Source: Savitreella phatthalungensis
Taxonomy: Eukaryota
DNA length: 64,000 nt
NCBI GenBank assembly: GCA_051599415.1
Contig: AP039700.1
Coordinates: 62,001 to 126,000, forward strand
Direction of reading: 5' to 3'
Notes under the pieces: generated by a model
Database searches by the model: none
The model's input: only the letters and a program-made list of their open reading frames with translations
What the model was told of the DNA's origin: nothing
Position numbers and translations under genes: made by a program
In this document: positions 1 to 14,100 of the stretch, in pieces
Position numbering within the stretch: the stretch's first letter is position 1
How the letters are laid out: each line of letters starts with the position of its first letter

Positions 1-196
1 TCCCGTGTAAGGCGCGATGAGCCGCCACGATGGCTGCCTGATGACGATTGGCCTGCGAGCTGTCACTTGTCGCGATCGTCCAGGCCTTTGTAGGCTTGGC
101 ACCTGGGATCGAAGTGATGCGAGATGAGCTGCCTGTCTGGAGGCTGTGGCCGGATGTGGTGGCGTTCGTGGTAGAAGGAGTATGAGAATCGCCCAT
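1..196 (-). CDS. Possible N-terminus of a gene running off the left edge (MGDSHTPSTTNATTSGHSLQTG...)
   Basis: ATG at 196 on the minus strand, with the frame open to position 1 (65 codons, S/T/A-rich). It is not in the ORF track because there is no stop in the window. No recognisable domain. Confidence 0.35.
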   Translation of the reverse strand, partial: MGDSHTPSTTNATTSGHSLQTGSSSRITSIPGAKPTKAWTIATSDSSQANRHQAAIVAAHRALHG

Positions 197-1496
197 AAGC
201 AGTCACAATCGAGCTTGCAGAGCTTGCCGATTCGAGTGTTCTTATACTGCAGAACACTGAAGCAGGAATATGTTCGGGTCAACGGCGATGTGCGAGGCCG
301 AGCAATAAAGTCCAGATAAACGCCTGTCGTATAAAGTAAGAGCTGTGGGCGTGGCGAGGTGTTCAACGTCGCAAGCCTCGTCTGACTCGTCAGGATACTC
401 GCGTGTCAGAGCTGATCTATCAAGCTGCTACTTGCGAGGTCGAGCTTGGGCTGTCTTGACCTTGAATCAGGAGGACGAAAGGTTGCAAGTGTGATGAGTG
501 TCCGTTTAGGATAGCTGTTGAACTCTTGTTCACCTGCCCGAGCTTGCAAGGTGAAATGAAGATGCGCACACGAGCGAGGCGACTGGAACGCACGCAAAGC
601 GAAGCGGAGATGTCGAGTTAGAGATTTCTGAATTTGCGTGCAAACGTGAGCAGAAGCGTGTGCGTGAGACGTGGTTGTAGCCTTGCTAGACTTGACCGGT
701 CTCGGGTTGACAGAGAGGCTGGCAGGGCGGCCGTCTGCAGGCGCAGATGTCTGATCACCGGCGCTCAGTCGCGGACACGATGGAACGTCAGGAGCAAAGC
801 CGACTGGATTCAAAATCTGATGGCTGTAACAGAAGCAATCAGAAACCTTGAAGTTTGGACAGGCGCAGTGGAGTCACAAGTCAAAGTGAAGCTCGTATTG
901 TTCACCTTCGATTGAGCCAGACAGTCAAAGACAACGTGGCTCGTGACCTTGTGGGATGACTTGCTGAGGACAAGCTGACCTGCAGGTTGAGTGAGAAAGT
1001 GCGATAGGTCCGTGCGTTGTGAGGGAATGCGTGGATTTTGATTGTCTAGATGTGCAATCTATGCGAAACGCTGGTGAGCAAGTCCGTGCGCGCAAGGTTG
1101 ATGCGGTCTGGTCGAAGCCTCTGTTTCCTGCACTACGACTGTGATTGTTGCAGGTAGACGAGTCAGGGAGACAGGTAAGAGAACAATCGTTCGAGTGTTA
1201 GAGTGGAGTACGGCAGAAGGGCGAGTAGGAGATTGTTCGATGGGCTTTGAGGGTCGATGACGGATAATTATATGACGATGAGAGATCGCCCTGCCTTGCC
1301 TATTGGAAGAGAGGGAACCGCAACTACAGGAGACCTACAAGGACACAGAAGGGGAAGTATGTGGGATCTAGAGATGGACGGAAATGGACGAGGTCGAATG
1401 CTGAGGATGTCGTGCCAATGCGTTTCAACTGCAGATCAATCACAGCAGCTATAGTTAACCATGTAAGCGCTCAAGCGTGGATCTGTGTTCGTATAG

Positions 1497-1569
1497 CCAA
1501 GCAAGGAAGCACGCAAGCAAGGCAAGGAAAGGCAAGGAAAGGCAAGGCAAGGCAAGCAAGGCAAGCAAG
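1497..1569. repeat. Degenerate (GCAAG)n/(GGAAA) pentanucleotide microsatellite
   Basis: ccaagcaaggaagcacgcaagcaaggcaaggaaaggcaaggaaaggcaaggcaaggcaagcaaggcaagcaag, read directly. Confidence 0.85.
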
Positions 1570-2877
1570 TAAGCGCATGAGAAAAGGTAGATCAAACTCG
1601 TTTAGCGCGGAAGTCTCTGAATCGCTACCTACCAATCTACGTGTCTGACCTATGATTGATTCCTCTGCAGGCTCTGGAGTAGTTGCATGGGTGCTGATTC
1701 CAGTCAACCGTGCAATTCATTCTCAGATAGGCTCGAATGACCTGTTCCACCTTCAAGGGAATTGCTTAAACACACTCATCAACCTGGCTGGGTTTGGATG
1801 CGTGGAGAGATGGATTGGATCGAGTCTGTACTCTTATTGGAGTAGCATTGCTATCTGGAATAGGTTGAATTTCCTCTTTTTCGAGTTCCAATGGAGTTGA
1901 GAGACGGCGGAGTCTATGGATCTGATTGAGCCCCTCCTGTGGATCTTAGAGGATGAATCCGCGTCATGGGACCACCGCGTCAATTTCCTCAGAATGAATC
2001 TATAGCCAAATAGACCCATGCTCAAACTGGCGCGCAGGAGAATCTACCGCAGGGAGATACTCACTTTACTCGGTTCCGTGATTGAATGATAAAATTCCCC
2101 GTGAATGACCAGCAAATATCATCTGATCACCCAATCAGATGGCAAATTCAAATCGTCTGTGATTTAGACTTTGCTGCGATTCAATTACATTCCACCAATC
2201 ATCAAGATCACAGGATTTAAGCGATACGCCGAATGCCAAGGCGGTCCGCGGCTTTCCAAATCGCTACCACTTGCGCAAACTGCCGGGAGATATAATTTAC
2301 ATTTTGAGCAAACAACCTTCTAGCAAGATCCGTCCCGGAAGCGAGCAAGCGAGAGACATGCACAGACAATCAGTCTCGATGACTGGATGGGTGACAGAGT
2401 GTGGACAGACAGGTGGTCTCGTATGATTGCGATGGATGACGGTTGTGGCCACCGCATCGATTCCTGCGGCTATGTTGACACTTTCGGCACACAGACAGCT
2501 CAGCCTCGCTACATTTTGCTCAGAAGCACTGGAAAGCCGAACGCTGAATATCTTGAAGTTCATGTCAGCTACCACCTCTGGCCAGCACGTTTCTTCAGCA
2601 CCATTGCATGAGCACATGTCATGTGGACGATGGGTCCTGCTTGCAGCCATCGTCTATTTGAATTGAGTGCCTAGACCGATCTCTGACATAAAATGTGACC
2701 TGTCGTTTACGTGTAATATTGGACCCCGGTCAGCTTTCTGGTCCCGCATAGACTATGGAAGAGCCTCGCTACGTGGCTATGAACAATTGCCGAAGATCGA
2801 GACCAAGCGATAGTCGTCATGGACGAGTCTCGAGCGTCTGCTTTCCTTCGTTTCACGTCTGTGGTTCTTGCGTGTGG

Positions 2878-4369
2878 TCAAATAGCGTCGTTAAGTAACA
2901 ATCGCCCCCGTGGGCTCGAAGACCAGGTTCGACCATGACGTTGCCAGACTTGCTGACCCGCTAGCCAGGACTCCTCGACCCGACCCCTCAATTGCCGGCC
3001 AACGTAGGGTGAAACCTTGTTCTTGAAGTACAGGTCATTTTCCGAGACGGTCCAGAGCGCATCTGGGTCAAAAATACACAAATCAGCATCGCTTCCAGCA
3101 GCTAGTCTCCCCTTCTGTGGCCATAATCGAACCTGCTTTGCCGTGTTACGTGTCGTCAGATCCCGCACTCGTCCTAGAGACCAGCCGCGGGCACTTGCAC
3201 CGGTCCATAGCACTTGCAAACCAAGTCCGAGCGCACTGACTCCTCCCCAGGCGTTCATGAATGACCCGCGTTTCAGGTCAACCGTGCACGGAGAATGATC
3301 ACTGACGACAGTCGTGATGATGCCACGCTCGATTGCATCCCAAAGCAGCTCCCTGTTTTTTCCATCTCTAATAGGTGGACAGCCTGAAAGGTGTCAGTAG
3401 TGGTCGAAATCATCTGGGGATGGTGGAGATTGTCCATCTGGACTTACACTTGTATTGTGTTGCTCGAGATGGGATCTCGCCAGAGTCGAATGTCAGGTAG
3501 TGGAAGCAGGTTTCAGCCGTGATGGCAACACCCGCGGCCTGCGCAGCTTCCAGAATCGGTAAAGCTTGAGCGGCCGCAAGATGAACGATGTGCAATCGCA
3601 AGCCAGGATGCCTTTTCGCCATCGCAATGATCTGCGTGATGGCATCCACCTCGAATGATTGCGGTCTGGACTCGAGGAAGGTCTTGTATAAATCAGGGTC
3701 TGACTCAGTATGCGACTCGTGAGTGGGACCACAACCTCCAGCGTCCACTTCTGCATGAAACATGAGGATCGATCCTGTGCCGTCAAGCTCGTCCATTGCA
3801 AGGTCAATGTCTTCAGGTCCGACGCACGGAAACTCGTCTACACCAGATTCGATTGTGAAGCATTTGAATCCGCGAACGCCAGCCTTGACAAGAGGCTTGA
3901 GCGAGTCCTGATTTCCAGGAATCACGCCGCCCCAGAACGCCATATCTGTATGACATTTGCCAATGGCAGCAGCACGCTTGATATCGAAATTCTCAATCGT
4001 CGTGGTAGGGGGAATCGCGTTGAGTGGCATATCTACGAGGGTCGTGACGCCTCCACTGATAGCCGCTCTTGAGCCTGTCTCGAATCCTTCCCAGTCTGTG
4101 CGGCCTCTTGCATATGATCGCGTCAGCACAGCCATTCCATCGGTTTGATAGCTCTGATCGAAATCTTACGGCTCGTTCAGATGTACATGAGCATCGACTA
4201 GGCCTGGCATGATGACAAGATCACCATAGTCGTGGTCGGCCGAGGCACTCTTTGTCTGTCTCACTTCCACGATCTTACCAGTGTCAGTGTCGATCACAAT
4301 GGTTCCGGGCGAAGGGTCATCATGCTCCTCGTGCAGCACACGATTGCTCGTGAGCTCGACCACCGGCAT
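2878..4369 (-). CDS. DAL1: Allantoinase (amidohydrolase); exons 4369-4170, 4106-3448, 3383-2878
   Basis: Spliced protein gives [40 protein letters not shown]...KCCPPIR, SDHSPC, WGGVSALGLGL and DADLCIFDP. Introns 4169-4107 (GTAAGA..CTGAC..AAG) and 3447-3384 (GTAAGT..CTGAC..CAG) restore the frame. Confidence 0.93.
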
Positions 4370-5375
4370 GAGAGAGACGAGATAGGTCTGAAGGTGACTA
4401 TAGTGTGCTTGTGCTAAGCGGCTCTTTGCACATGAGATTTGTAGGCAAATTTAAGCACTGTTGCTGCATCCACAACATAAAAACAGACCGTTATCTTTTG
4501 ATCTGTAGGAGATCTCCGAGGGTCTCATGAAAACAGCAAAGGCAAGCAAAGATGCAGGATAGATCTCCAGGTCACTAAGTATGGCAATAGGATAGTGAAG
4601 TTCACAGCCATACTTGAATTTTAGAGTGCAAGACTATCGAACTCTTCTCTCACCCAGTCGACTGGTGACGTTCTGCGCTCTGAGAAGGACTACAATCGTC
4701 CTATGAGATATTCTTTGGAAGGACGGCGCCCTGGTGGTCTTGCGGTGCAGTCGTAAGTCATGTAAATTAGATACTGTAGCTCAGAAGACTTCATTCAGAA
4801 GGAAATGAAACTGCACGTGTCAGCACAGGATCTATCAGTCATCGCAATTGTGCATCTCAATGCTTGCACCTGTGCTAGAATATCTCCTTCGCAATTTGGT
4901 ACCCTCCAATGGCAATTGGATTTTGCACTCATTCGAGGGGTGACTTATTTAGAAGCTCAACTGACTGGGATACAGTAAATCTGAATTTTATGCCGCTTTC
5001 GACAATCTTCAGAAGTGGCCTATATGTAATAATAGTTTGATTTCTGGAACCCAAAAAAAGCTGGCCATTTTATAAGAAAAGTCGATTTCTGCTTATAGAT
5101 CGGAGCTGGGATTGAGTAAATTATAGTGCAGATTGATCAGCATTGCAATTAAGATTCTATAGTTGGGTGGTCAAAAAACGCGCACGCGTAGCTTCGCATC
5201 ACTTTGCCAGCAGCGCGACTTTTATCGGCAATCTCACCAACAGGTCAACCGCAAGCCTCACACCACTTCGTAGCACGGCACGCAGGCAAACGAGCGAAAG
5301 CAAGACGCTTGATTTGTCCTCACCCTCTATCGGTCTGTTCATCCTTTGGCTCCAAGGCTTGAGGCCATAGAATAG

Positions 5376-8177
5376 ATGTCCGGCTACGACGCTTCGGCCA
5401 ACGGCCACAGCTACGGTGCAGACGACGGTCAACAGGGAGCAGGGGGACCGCCGCAAGCAGGAGCAGCACCGAGAAGAAAAGGAGGAAGACGATATGCTGC
5501 AGAGCAATACGACTTCAATGCTCAAAACCCAGGTATGGGACAGGGCACAGCCCAAATTCCGGCAGATCCCTCTCAGATGTTCGTCCCTGCCGGTGGAGCA
5601 CCATTCCAGCAAGGTCCGGGCCAGCAGTATCCAGGCGTTGGTCAACCATATGGTCAGCCGGTCGCTGCAGCGGGATACGGTGACTATGGAGCTGGCACAG
5701 GCTATGCACAGCAGCCCTCCGCAGCGCCTATGCAGCAGCCGCAGCAGCCTTACGGCGCAGGTGCCGGATATGGTGCCGCAGCACCTCAGAGCATGATGGC
5801 CGGCTTCCCTGGCCAGGCTCAGGGGATCAATGGAGCCACAAAGCAATTTTCTCAGATGTCCATCCGTGCACTGCCGCAGGTCGAGTCGATGGATCTCATG
5901 AATACTAGACCCGAAATTTCTGATCTGCAAGCTCCCCCTCCGACAGCAATACTTCCCGACAACCTGGCCTTGACACCATCGCCACACGCGGCGACCGACC
6001 CTCGCTTCTTCCGCAGCACGATCAACGCTTGTCCGACGAACAGCGGTCTTTTGAAGAAGTCAAAGCTGCCACTTGCACTCATTGTTCGCCCATTCCTGGA
6101 ACTTACAGGTCAAGACGGCGTGCCCATTGTGACCGACACAATCATTGCACGTTGTCGTCGGTGCCGCACATACATCAATCCGTATGTCTCATTCGTTGAG
6201 AATGGCTACAAGTGGAAATGCAACCTATGCGGATATCTCAACGAGACTCCGAGCGCCTTCGACTTCAATCAACTCGAGCAGAAGTCCGCTGATCGGTTTG
6301 CCCGAGTCGAGCTCAACCACAGCGTGTGCGACTTCCTTGCTCCGCAAGAGTACGCCGTGCGTCCGCCGACACCTCCGACATACGTTTTTCTGATCGATGT
6401 CTCCTTCTCGGCCGTCACTTCAGGACTTGTTGGCACGGCCGCTCGCGTCATCCTTGAGGCACTCGACCAGATCCCCAACGAACAGTCTCGCGCGAAGGTC
6501 GCATTTATCGCTGTTGACTCATCTCTACACTACTTCGCCCTCGGACCTGACAGTACTGAGGCACGCATGCTGGTTGTTGGCGATCTCGAGGAGGCTTTCC
6601 TTCCATCGCCCAGCGATCTGCTCGTTTCTCTCACCGATTGCCGTCCGGCCATCGAAAACCTGCTATCACGCTTCAATGAGATGTTTGCAACCACGCAGAA
6701 TGGCTCGAGCGCCATGGGTCCGGCGCTCAAGGCAGCCGAGCGCATGATTGCACACCAGGGTGGCAAGATCATCACGCTGATCAGCACTCTGCCGAATCTC
6801 GGCGAAGGCAAGCTGACGCCGCGCGAGGATGCCAAACTTCTGGGCACGGCAAGCGAGACGAAATTGCTGCAGCCGCAGAACTCGTGGTACAAGTCATTTG
6901 CTGTCGAATGCAGCAAGACACAGGTGACTGTAGACATGTTTTTGTTTGCCAGCAGCTACCAGGACGTTGCATCGCTGTCTTGTCTGCCGCGCTACACTGC
7001 AGGTGCTACACACTACTATCCAGGATGGAATGCCAACAACTACAACGATGTTCAGAGGTTCGGCACAGAGTTCACACGTCATCTCAGCCAGGAGATCGCC
7101 CTCGAGGCCGTCCTCCGCGTCCGTGCTTCGACAGGCTTGCGGATGAACGCATTCTATGGCAACTTCTTCAATCGGTCGAGCGACCTATGCGCCTTCCCGA
7201 CCGTTCCACGTGATCAGTCGTACGTTGTCGAGGTCGCGATCGACGAGAACATCGGCACGCCTTTCGTATACTTCCAGGCTGCCTGGCTCAATTCCACCCA
7301 CAACGGAGAGCGTCGGGTACGTGTACTGACGATGTGCATGCCGACCACGCAGTCACTGAGCGAGATGTACGCGTCAGCGGATGCTCCAGCAATCACGCAC
7401 TACTTTGCAGCCAAAGCTGCAGAGCGCTGTCTGTCTGCGACTCTTGACAATGCACGCGAAGCGGTCGGAGCGCGCGTCAATGAGATCATGGACACTTACA
7501 GGAAGCACCTGCTCAACACAAATACGGGTGCCTCTGTACCGTTGCGCATTTGCAGTAATCTGCGGCTGCTACCATTGCTGTCTCTATCGCTTCTGAAGCA
7601 TCTCTCGCTGCGCAAGTCCTCCCAGATCCCATCGGACCTTCGCAGCCAGGCGATCAACTACATTTCGACATTGCCGCTACCGCAGCTTATCACCTATCTA
7701 CACCCGCGTTTCTACTCGCTCACGGACATGGGTCCCGAGTGTGGTCTACCTGGAGACGACGGTCAGATTGTCATGCCGCCGACCTTGAACCTGACTGCTG
7801 CACAACTGCAGCCGTATGGCCTCTACCTGCTGGACGATGGCCTGATCCAGTTCCTATACATTGGAGGACAGGCTGTGCCGCAGTTATGCGAGGATGTGTT
7901 TGGGGTGAGCGACATCTCACAGGTTCGGGTGGGCAAGATGTCGCTGCCGGAAGACCTCGACAACGACTTCAGCATCCGTGTGCGCGCAGTGATTGCCAAG
8001 TCGCGCGAGCTCGAGCACGGCAAGATCTTCTTCCCACACCTTTACGTCGTCCGTCCTGACGCAGACGCCACACTCGTCCGCTGGTTCATCACATCCCTGG
8101 TGGAAGATCGTGGCGATTCGGCGGCCTCACCATCCTACGCTGAATACCTGCAGAGTCTCAAGGGTAAGCTCACTTGA
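5376..8177 (+). CDS. SEC24: COPII coat subunit Sec24
   Basis: 933-aa ORF with a Q/P/G-rich N-terminus, zinc finger RCRRCRTYINP...WKCNLC, trunk domain YVFLIDVS, EAVLRVRAS, GERRVRV and a gelsolin-like C-terminus. Confidence 0.96.
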   Translation: MSGYDASANGHSYGADDGQQGAGGPPQAGAAPRRKGGRRYAAEQYDFNAQNPGMGQGTAQIPADPSQMFVPAGGAPFQQGPGQQYPGVGQPYGQPVAAAGYGDYGAGTGYAQQPSAAPMQQPQQPYGAGAGYGAAAPQSMMAGFPGQAQGINGATKQFSQMSIRALPQVESMDLMNTRPEISDLQAPPPTAILPDNLALTPSPHAATDPRFFRSTINACPTNSGLLKKSKLPLALIVRPFLELTGQDGVPIVTDTIIARCRRCRTYINPYVSFVENGYKWKCNLCGYLNETPSAFDFNQLEQKSADRFARVELNHSVCDFLAPQEYAVRPPTPPTYVFLIDVSFSAVTSGLVGTAARVILEALDQIPNEQSRAKVAFIAVDSSLHYFALGPDSTEARMLVVGDLEEAFLPSPSDLLVSLTDCRPAIENLLSRFNEMFATTQNGSSAMGPALKAAERMIAHQGGKIITLISTLPNLGEGKLTPREDAKLLGTASETKLLQPQNSWYKSFAVECSKTQVTVDMFLFASSYQDVASLSCLPRYTAGATHYYPGWNANNYNDVQRFGTEFTRHLSQEIALEAVLRVRASTGLRMNAFYGNFFNRSSDLCAFPTVPRDQSYVVEVAIDENIGTPFVYFQAAWLNSTHNGERRVRVLTMCMPTTQSLSEMYASADAPAITHYFAAKAAERCLSATLDNAREAVGARVNEIMDTYRKHLLNTNTGASVPLRICSNLRLLPLLSLSLLKHLSLRKSSQIPSDLRSQAINYISTLPLPQLITYLHPRFYSLTDMGPECGLPGDDGQIVMPPTLNLTAAQLQPYGLYLLDDGLIQFLYIGGQAVPQLCEDVFGVSDISQVRVGKMSLPEDLDNDFSIRVRAVIAKSRELEHGKIFFPHLYVVRPDADATLVRWFITSLVEDRGDSAASPSYAEYLQSLKGKLT

Positions 8178-9495
8178 GCAATTCTCTTATCAGGTCAGGT
8201 TACGTCGTCAGCCGTAGATTTTGCTCTACCCAATATCATAAGAAAAAGATGTGGGTCATCAGGACTCAAATGAATTGCATCCCACTTTTGAAGTGCCTGC
8301 ATCATGGTGGCGGTATCGTGTCGATGATCCAGCATACCCTCCTTAACTATCTATGCAGCAGCACACATACGATTTCTCCACTTAGATAATCTAGTCAGTT
8401 CTACGCGTGCAACGAGCTATGCATCCATCTATGTCGAGGTGAAGTTACAGAGAGGAGTTCGCTAAAAGGTCGTCTGGGATGATTTTCCGACAATATACAG
8501 TGAATGGCTGTTGGTTTGAGTGTGGGTGTGGGGGCGATCGAGTGAAATGAAATCCATCGACCCACATGTGCACCCCAATCACCCACAACTAGCTCATTTT
8601 GAGTATGGCAAGAGACATTCCCGTCCGGATAGAGATAGCAAATTGAAGCTCCACCTACGAGTACGTAAATTAGAAAACTTCCTTTGAGGATTTCCGCTTT
8701 CGGTTTCATATGTTCTTGCCATTCACTCTGATCACCTGAAGGAATATCCAGTCAAAATCATCCATACAATCATTCTCGTGGTATACAGGGTCAATCTGAG
8801 AAGTGAAGATTGTACATATCCATACACAGCTGCCTCCGAGGTACACACTGCTTTTAGAGGTCAGGGCCAGTTCACAGCATATCTGATCCTCTGTAGATTG
8901 GAGTCTATTCGGAGCTATGAAATTTCGGCTATCCCGTGGCTGGCCCGTGCACCACCAGCACTTTGCAGCATGCATTTGATCGGAGATTATACAGCAGCTG
9001 GATATTGACATCGATAGCCGATGTGGCCACCCATCGACTCACTATCCATACATTGATAAATACATCCTCCTCCAGAGTCAGATTTACAGCGTGGCAGAGT
9101 TCACGGGTCAACTAAACATCTCCGACAAAGGAATCTCCAATTGGGGAAGTAAATACTATATCGAGCTAGCTGCACAGGTCAAAGCTTTAATCATTGATCC
9201 AGCACACTCCTACACTTTCTAACACATCCACATCCACGCTCATACGCGCATACGCTGACACGCCCACTCGACTCGTATACACCTCTCTCTCGCTACATAC
9301 ACTTCTTGGTTCGAGTGACGCTCAAGAACACAGGCACGCTCGAGCCACTAGCAAGACACTGCTCGGATCTTGTTCTCTCAGCACAGACAGGTCTCAGCCA
9401 GTCACAGACCCCTCCAGCTCTGAAAGTTCACGTGGAGGCCAAAGGTTCTTGTTCTCCCGCAAGCACCGCGTCGAGGTCAAACCTACGCATCTTAG

Positions 9496-11001
<1,506 letters not shown>

Positions 11002-11138
11002 CTAGAGAGACAGAGAGATTGGTATGATCTGAAATTGAATGAACTAGATTTGCCCAAATTCAGGGATTCCCACTCCTAACAAACCCGCTTCCATGCGCAC
11101 GCCTCCCACACCCCATGGCTAGGATAGACCGACGATGC

Positions 11139-14100
11139 TCAGACAACTGAATTCGTCAAACGACCGTGATCTGGTACGCGAATGCGGAGTGGCGAGTCCG
11201 AGACGATGTACAAGAGATACCACATCTCACGATCCCGGTACGCTTCAGTGTGTAGACCGCTGTCTTTCGCTGCTGCTGAGGAGAGCGATAATGAAGAGGA
11301 GGGAGGCGGTGAGACGACGGTCGTGGAGTTGCCGGGTTTGATCGGGACAAGGCTCTGCAGTCTACCGAACGAGATCCTCATATGCCATACATCAGCTCCC
11401 TTTCCGCGATCTTGGTCGATCGAGCCTGTAATCCCACCATCTATGGCTTTCCTCGCCGTCGATGGAACGTCAGGCGGCGTTGTTGGTCGGGCCAGTGTGA
11501 TTCTAGGTGGTGGGAGTTTGGGGACAGGTTTATCGGGGGCTGAGGTCGATGCGGGAGTAGATGAACGATCGGGAAGGTCCGAAAAGGTGCGCGGTTCGAG
11601 GTCTTGCGATGTAGCTGGCAAAGCGTCCGTCGATCTGACCTTTGACCCTTTCAAGAGTCCGAACAGTTTCCTCTTCCGAAGTGGCTTCGACGCTGAGGAA
11701 TCGGAAAGCCGGTCGGCAGAAATGTCATCGCTTCGCGAGACTGAAGCGTCCGGTAGAGAGACATCCGATGAAGCGCGACTGCGATTATATACAGATAAGT
11801 TGTCGGGAGTTGCCGGGCCAGGAGCGAGCTTCAGCACTCGTGATAGCTTGAGCTTGCGTAAGGACCGTTCAATTGCATCTGTGGGAGCGTTCTCACTCGT
11901 CAAAGACGCCGATCTGCGTGATCTCGCATCAGTAGTCGTGCTTGACGTCTCTAAACTCGGCAAAGGAAGTTGCATGTCAGTCTGCAGATCGAGGTGCTCT
12001 AGAGCCACGGATCTCTTGCCACTCGTCTCAGCAATCATTACCTCAGATTCGGAAAGTAGGGAGACAGCCTTGATCCATATTCTGGCTGTCGATCCACTGC
12101 CTGGGATGGGTTCTGGTCGTAATGCTAGCGGTGGATCCTCGAGTACTTCATCTTTGTCGGACGAGTTGCCAACAGAGGTCTTCCGAAAGACGTGGAGGAA
12201 GACCGAAACGTTGTTTCGCCGCTCGCTGGCCAGGAGGAAAGCTAGAGAAGCGCTCCCCTGAGACAGTTTGCCATAGATACGGCGCACAGAACGACCTGCA
12301 TCGACGTCGGGCAGCCTTGTGACTTTTACTTTGTCTCGAACAATTCCTGTAGCATAGATCGATAGGCGGAAAGGTCCGCTGCGTCCTGGCACGTATGTAC
12401 TAGGAACAACAGTGTAGCTTCCAGGTAGCAGTTCTCCTGATGATCGATCAGATGGACTGTCTTGACATTGCGACGCATCTGCCAGGCGCTCTGGCTGCAA
12501 TGTGGAGACGTGTGATAGCCCACAGAGGTATTCCGCCGGCGTGGCCGTGATATCACTGGCCGTGATCTCCGTTGGAATGCCACAACCCTTGAAGATATCT
12601 ACTTGGATGGCGTCTTCCAACGCATACGATCCAGGGGAGCTCTCAAGCACGACATCGATGACGGCCGACTGGTCCAGATCGAGATGGTAGCTTGGATTGT
12701 CCCGGAACGAGAAGCAATTCGCCGGACCACCGGCTGATGCTGGACTCCAGCTGTCCTCGATAGTTGTCATGAGTTGTGGATCTTTCAAATTCCTGCGTCG
12801 TTCTATGATCATTGGTTGCTCGAAATCATGGTTCTCGCCACCGGAAGCGAAGAACACAGAGCACGCGTGAGGCGTTTCGACAGATCGTACGATTAGTGAC
12901 AGCGTGGCGGAAGAACGTGCTGGTACGCTTATCCTGAAAGAGACGTCTCGACCAACGAGTTCGTCTGTGAGTTGCAGCGCATCTCGACATTTTGTCACTC
13001 GAATGTGTGCGCTATGAAGCGCCAAGCTTGTCTGGTGGCTGGGTGCGTCGCAATCGTTGTTCCTATGGTGTGAGACCACAACAAGCAGGCTAATCGCGTA
13101 GCTCGCAGGATTTTTGATGTCAAATTTGGGCACTGGCAAGAGATTTTGCGCCGACATGGGTGATTGCTGTGGCTGTATAAGGATGTGTTCAGCATGCCGG
13201 AATGTCCATACATCCGGGTGCCAATTGATCGATAGTGTTCCGAAGAGATCGATGATTTCTGAGAGTGGTAAGGTTTGCGTCTCGCATTCGCGTTGATCTG
13301 GATTACGCCACGGATTCCGAATTTCAAGCAACAGATCCGATTTGTCCGCGGTGTCAAACACATCAGAGACGGTGTATGCGTGTGCGCCCACGAGTGTGTT
13401 GCCTCCCGAAAGCGCAGCGACCTCAGATTTCGAGCCGACCATAAGCAGTACAGAGCCGTTCCGCCATTGTTGCAGCAGACGGACAAGCTCGTCGATGTTC
13501 GTGCGGAAGTGTTCAAGCTGCACGACTTCGGGCAGCCAGCCCGTTAGCATGAAAGTATCGCTCGCGCAGTGTGACCCTACAAAGGTTCTACTGAGCTTGA
13601 GGTAGGCCTTTTCAATCAGCGCAGGCCAGTAAATGTCGGGTGACGTCAGCGAACCGATCATGATCGATGCAAAGCCAACCGAGGGCGAGACTGGCAGCGT
13701 ATCTGTGACAGCAATCATTCGCCATGCTCCATTGACGAACAGTCTGCATAGGTGTCTGCCATTTGATGAAGCGATAGGGATACCATGATTCTGTGGCCAG
13801 ATGTTGTCGAGCACGAGCAGAGTGGCGAAGCGTTCAATCCACGTGCAACACGCCACCAATGAGGCAACGACTGCGCAGTCGTTTAGCGTTGTCTGATATA
13901 GACTGGCAGCAAAGCGAAGAGCTTGTCTGTGAATGCACGCATCTGGACGAATGTCTCTTGCTCTCCTCCAGCTCCAACCGTGGCCGATGAGTGATATCGG
14001 GCGATCATTGGCCTCAACGAAGTGCTCGTCGTTGCCTAGCTGCTGACTGACCTGTTCGCTGTTCCAAAGTAAAAGGCTCTGGCCAGCGACCTTGCTTGAC

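Noticed and set aside
4480..4600. GATA boxes upstream of allantoinase (nitrogen regulation)
   Set aside because: Only one clear GATAA and a few GATAG sites; not distinguishable from chance.
8401..9011. Two abutting ~100-aa minus-strand ORFs with an ATGA overlap and a CWWC motif
   Set aside because: No recognisable domain or coding-like composition; could be a decayed element but unsupported.
11182..12261. 359-aa ORF on + strand
   Set aside because: Lies wholly antisense to the calpain CDS; S/G/A-rich shadow frame with no motifs.
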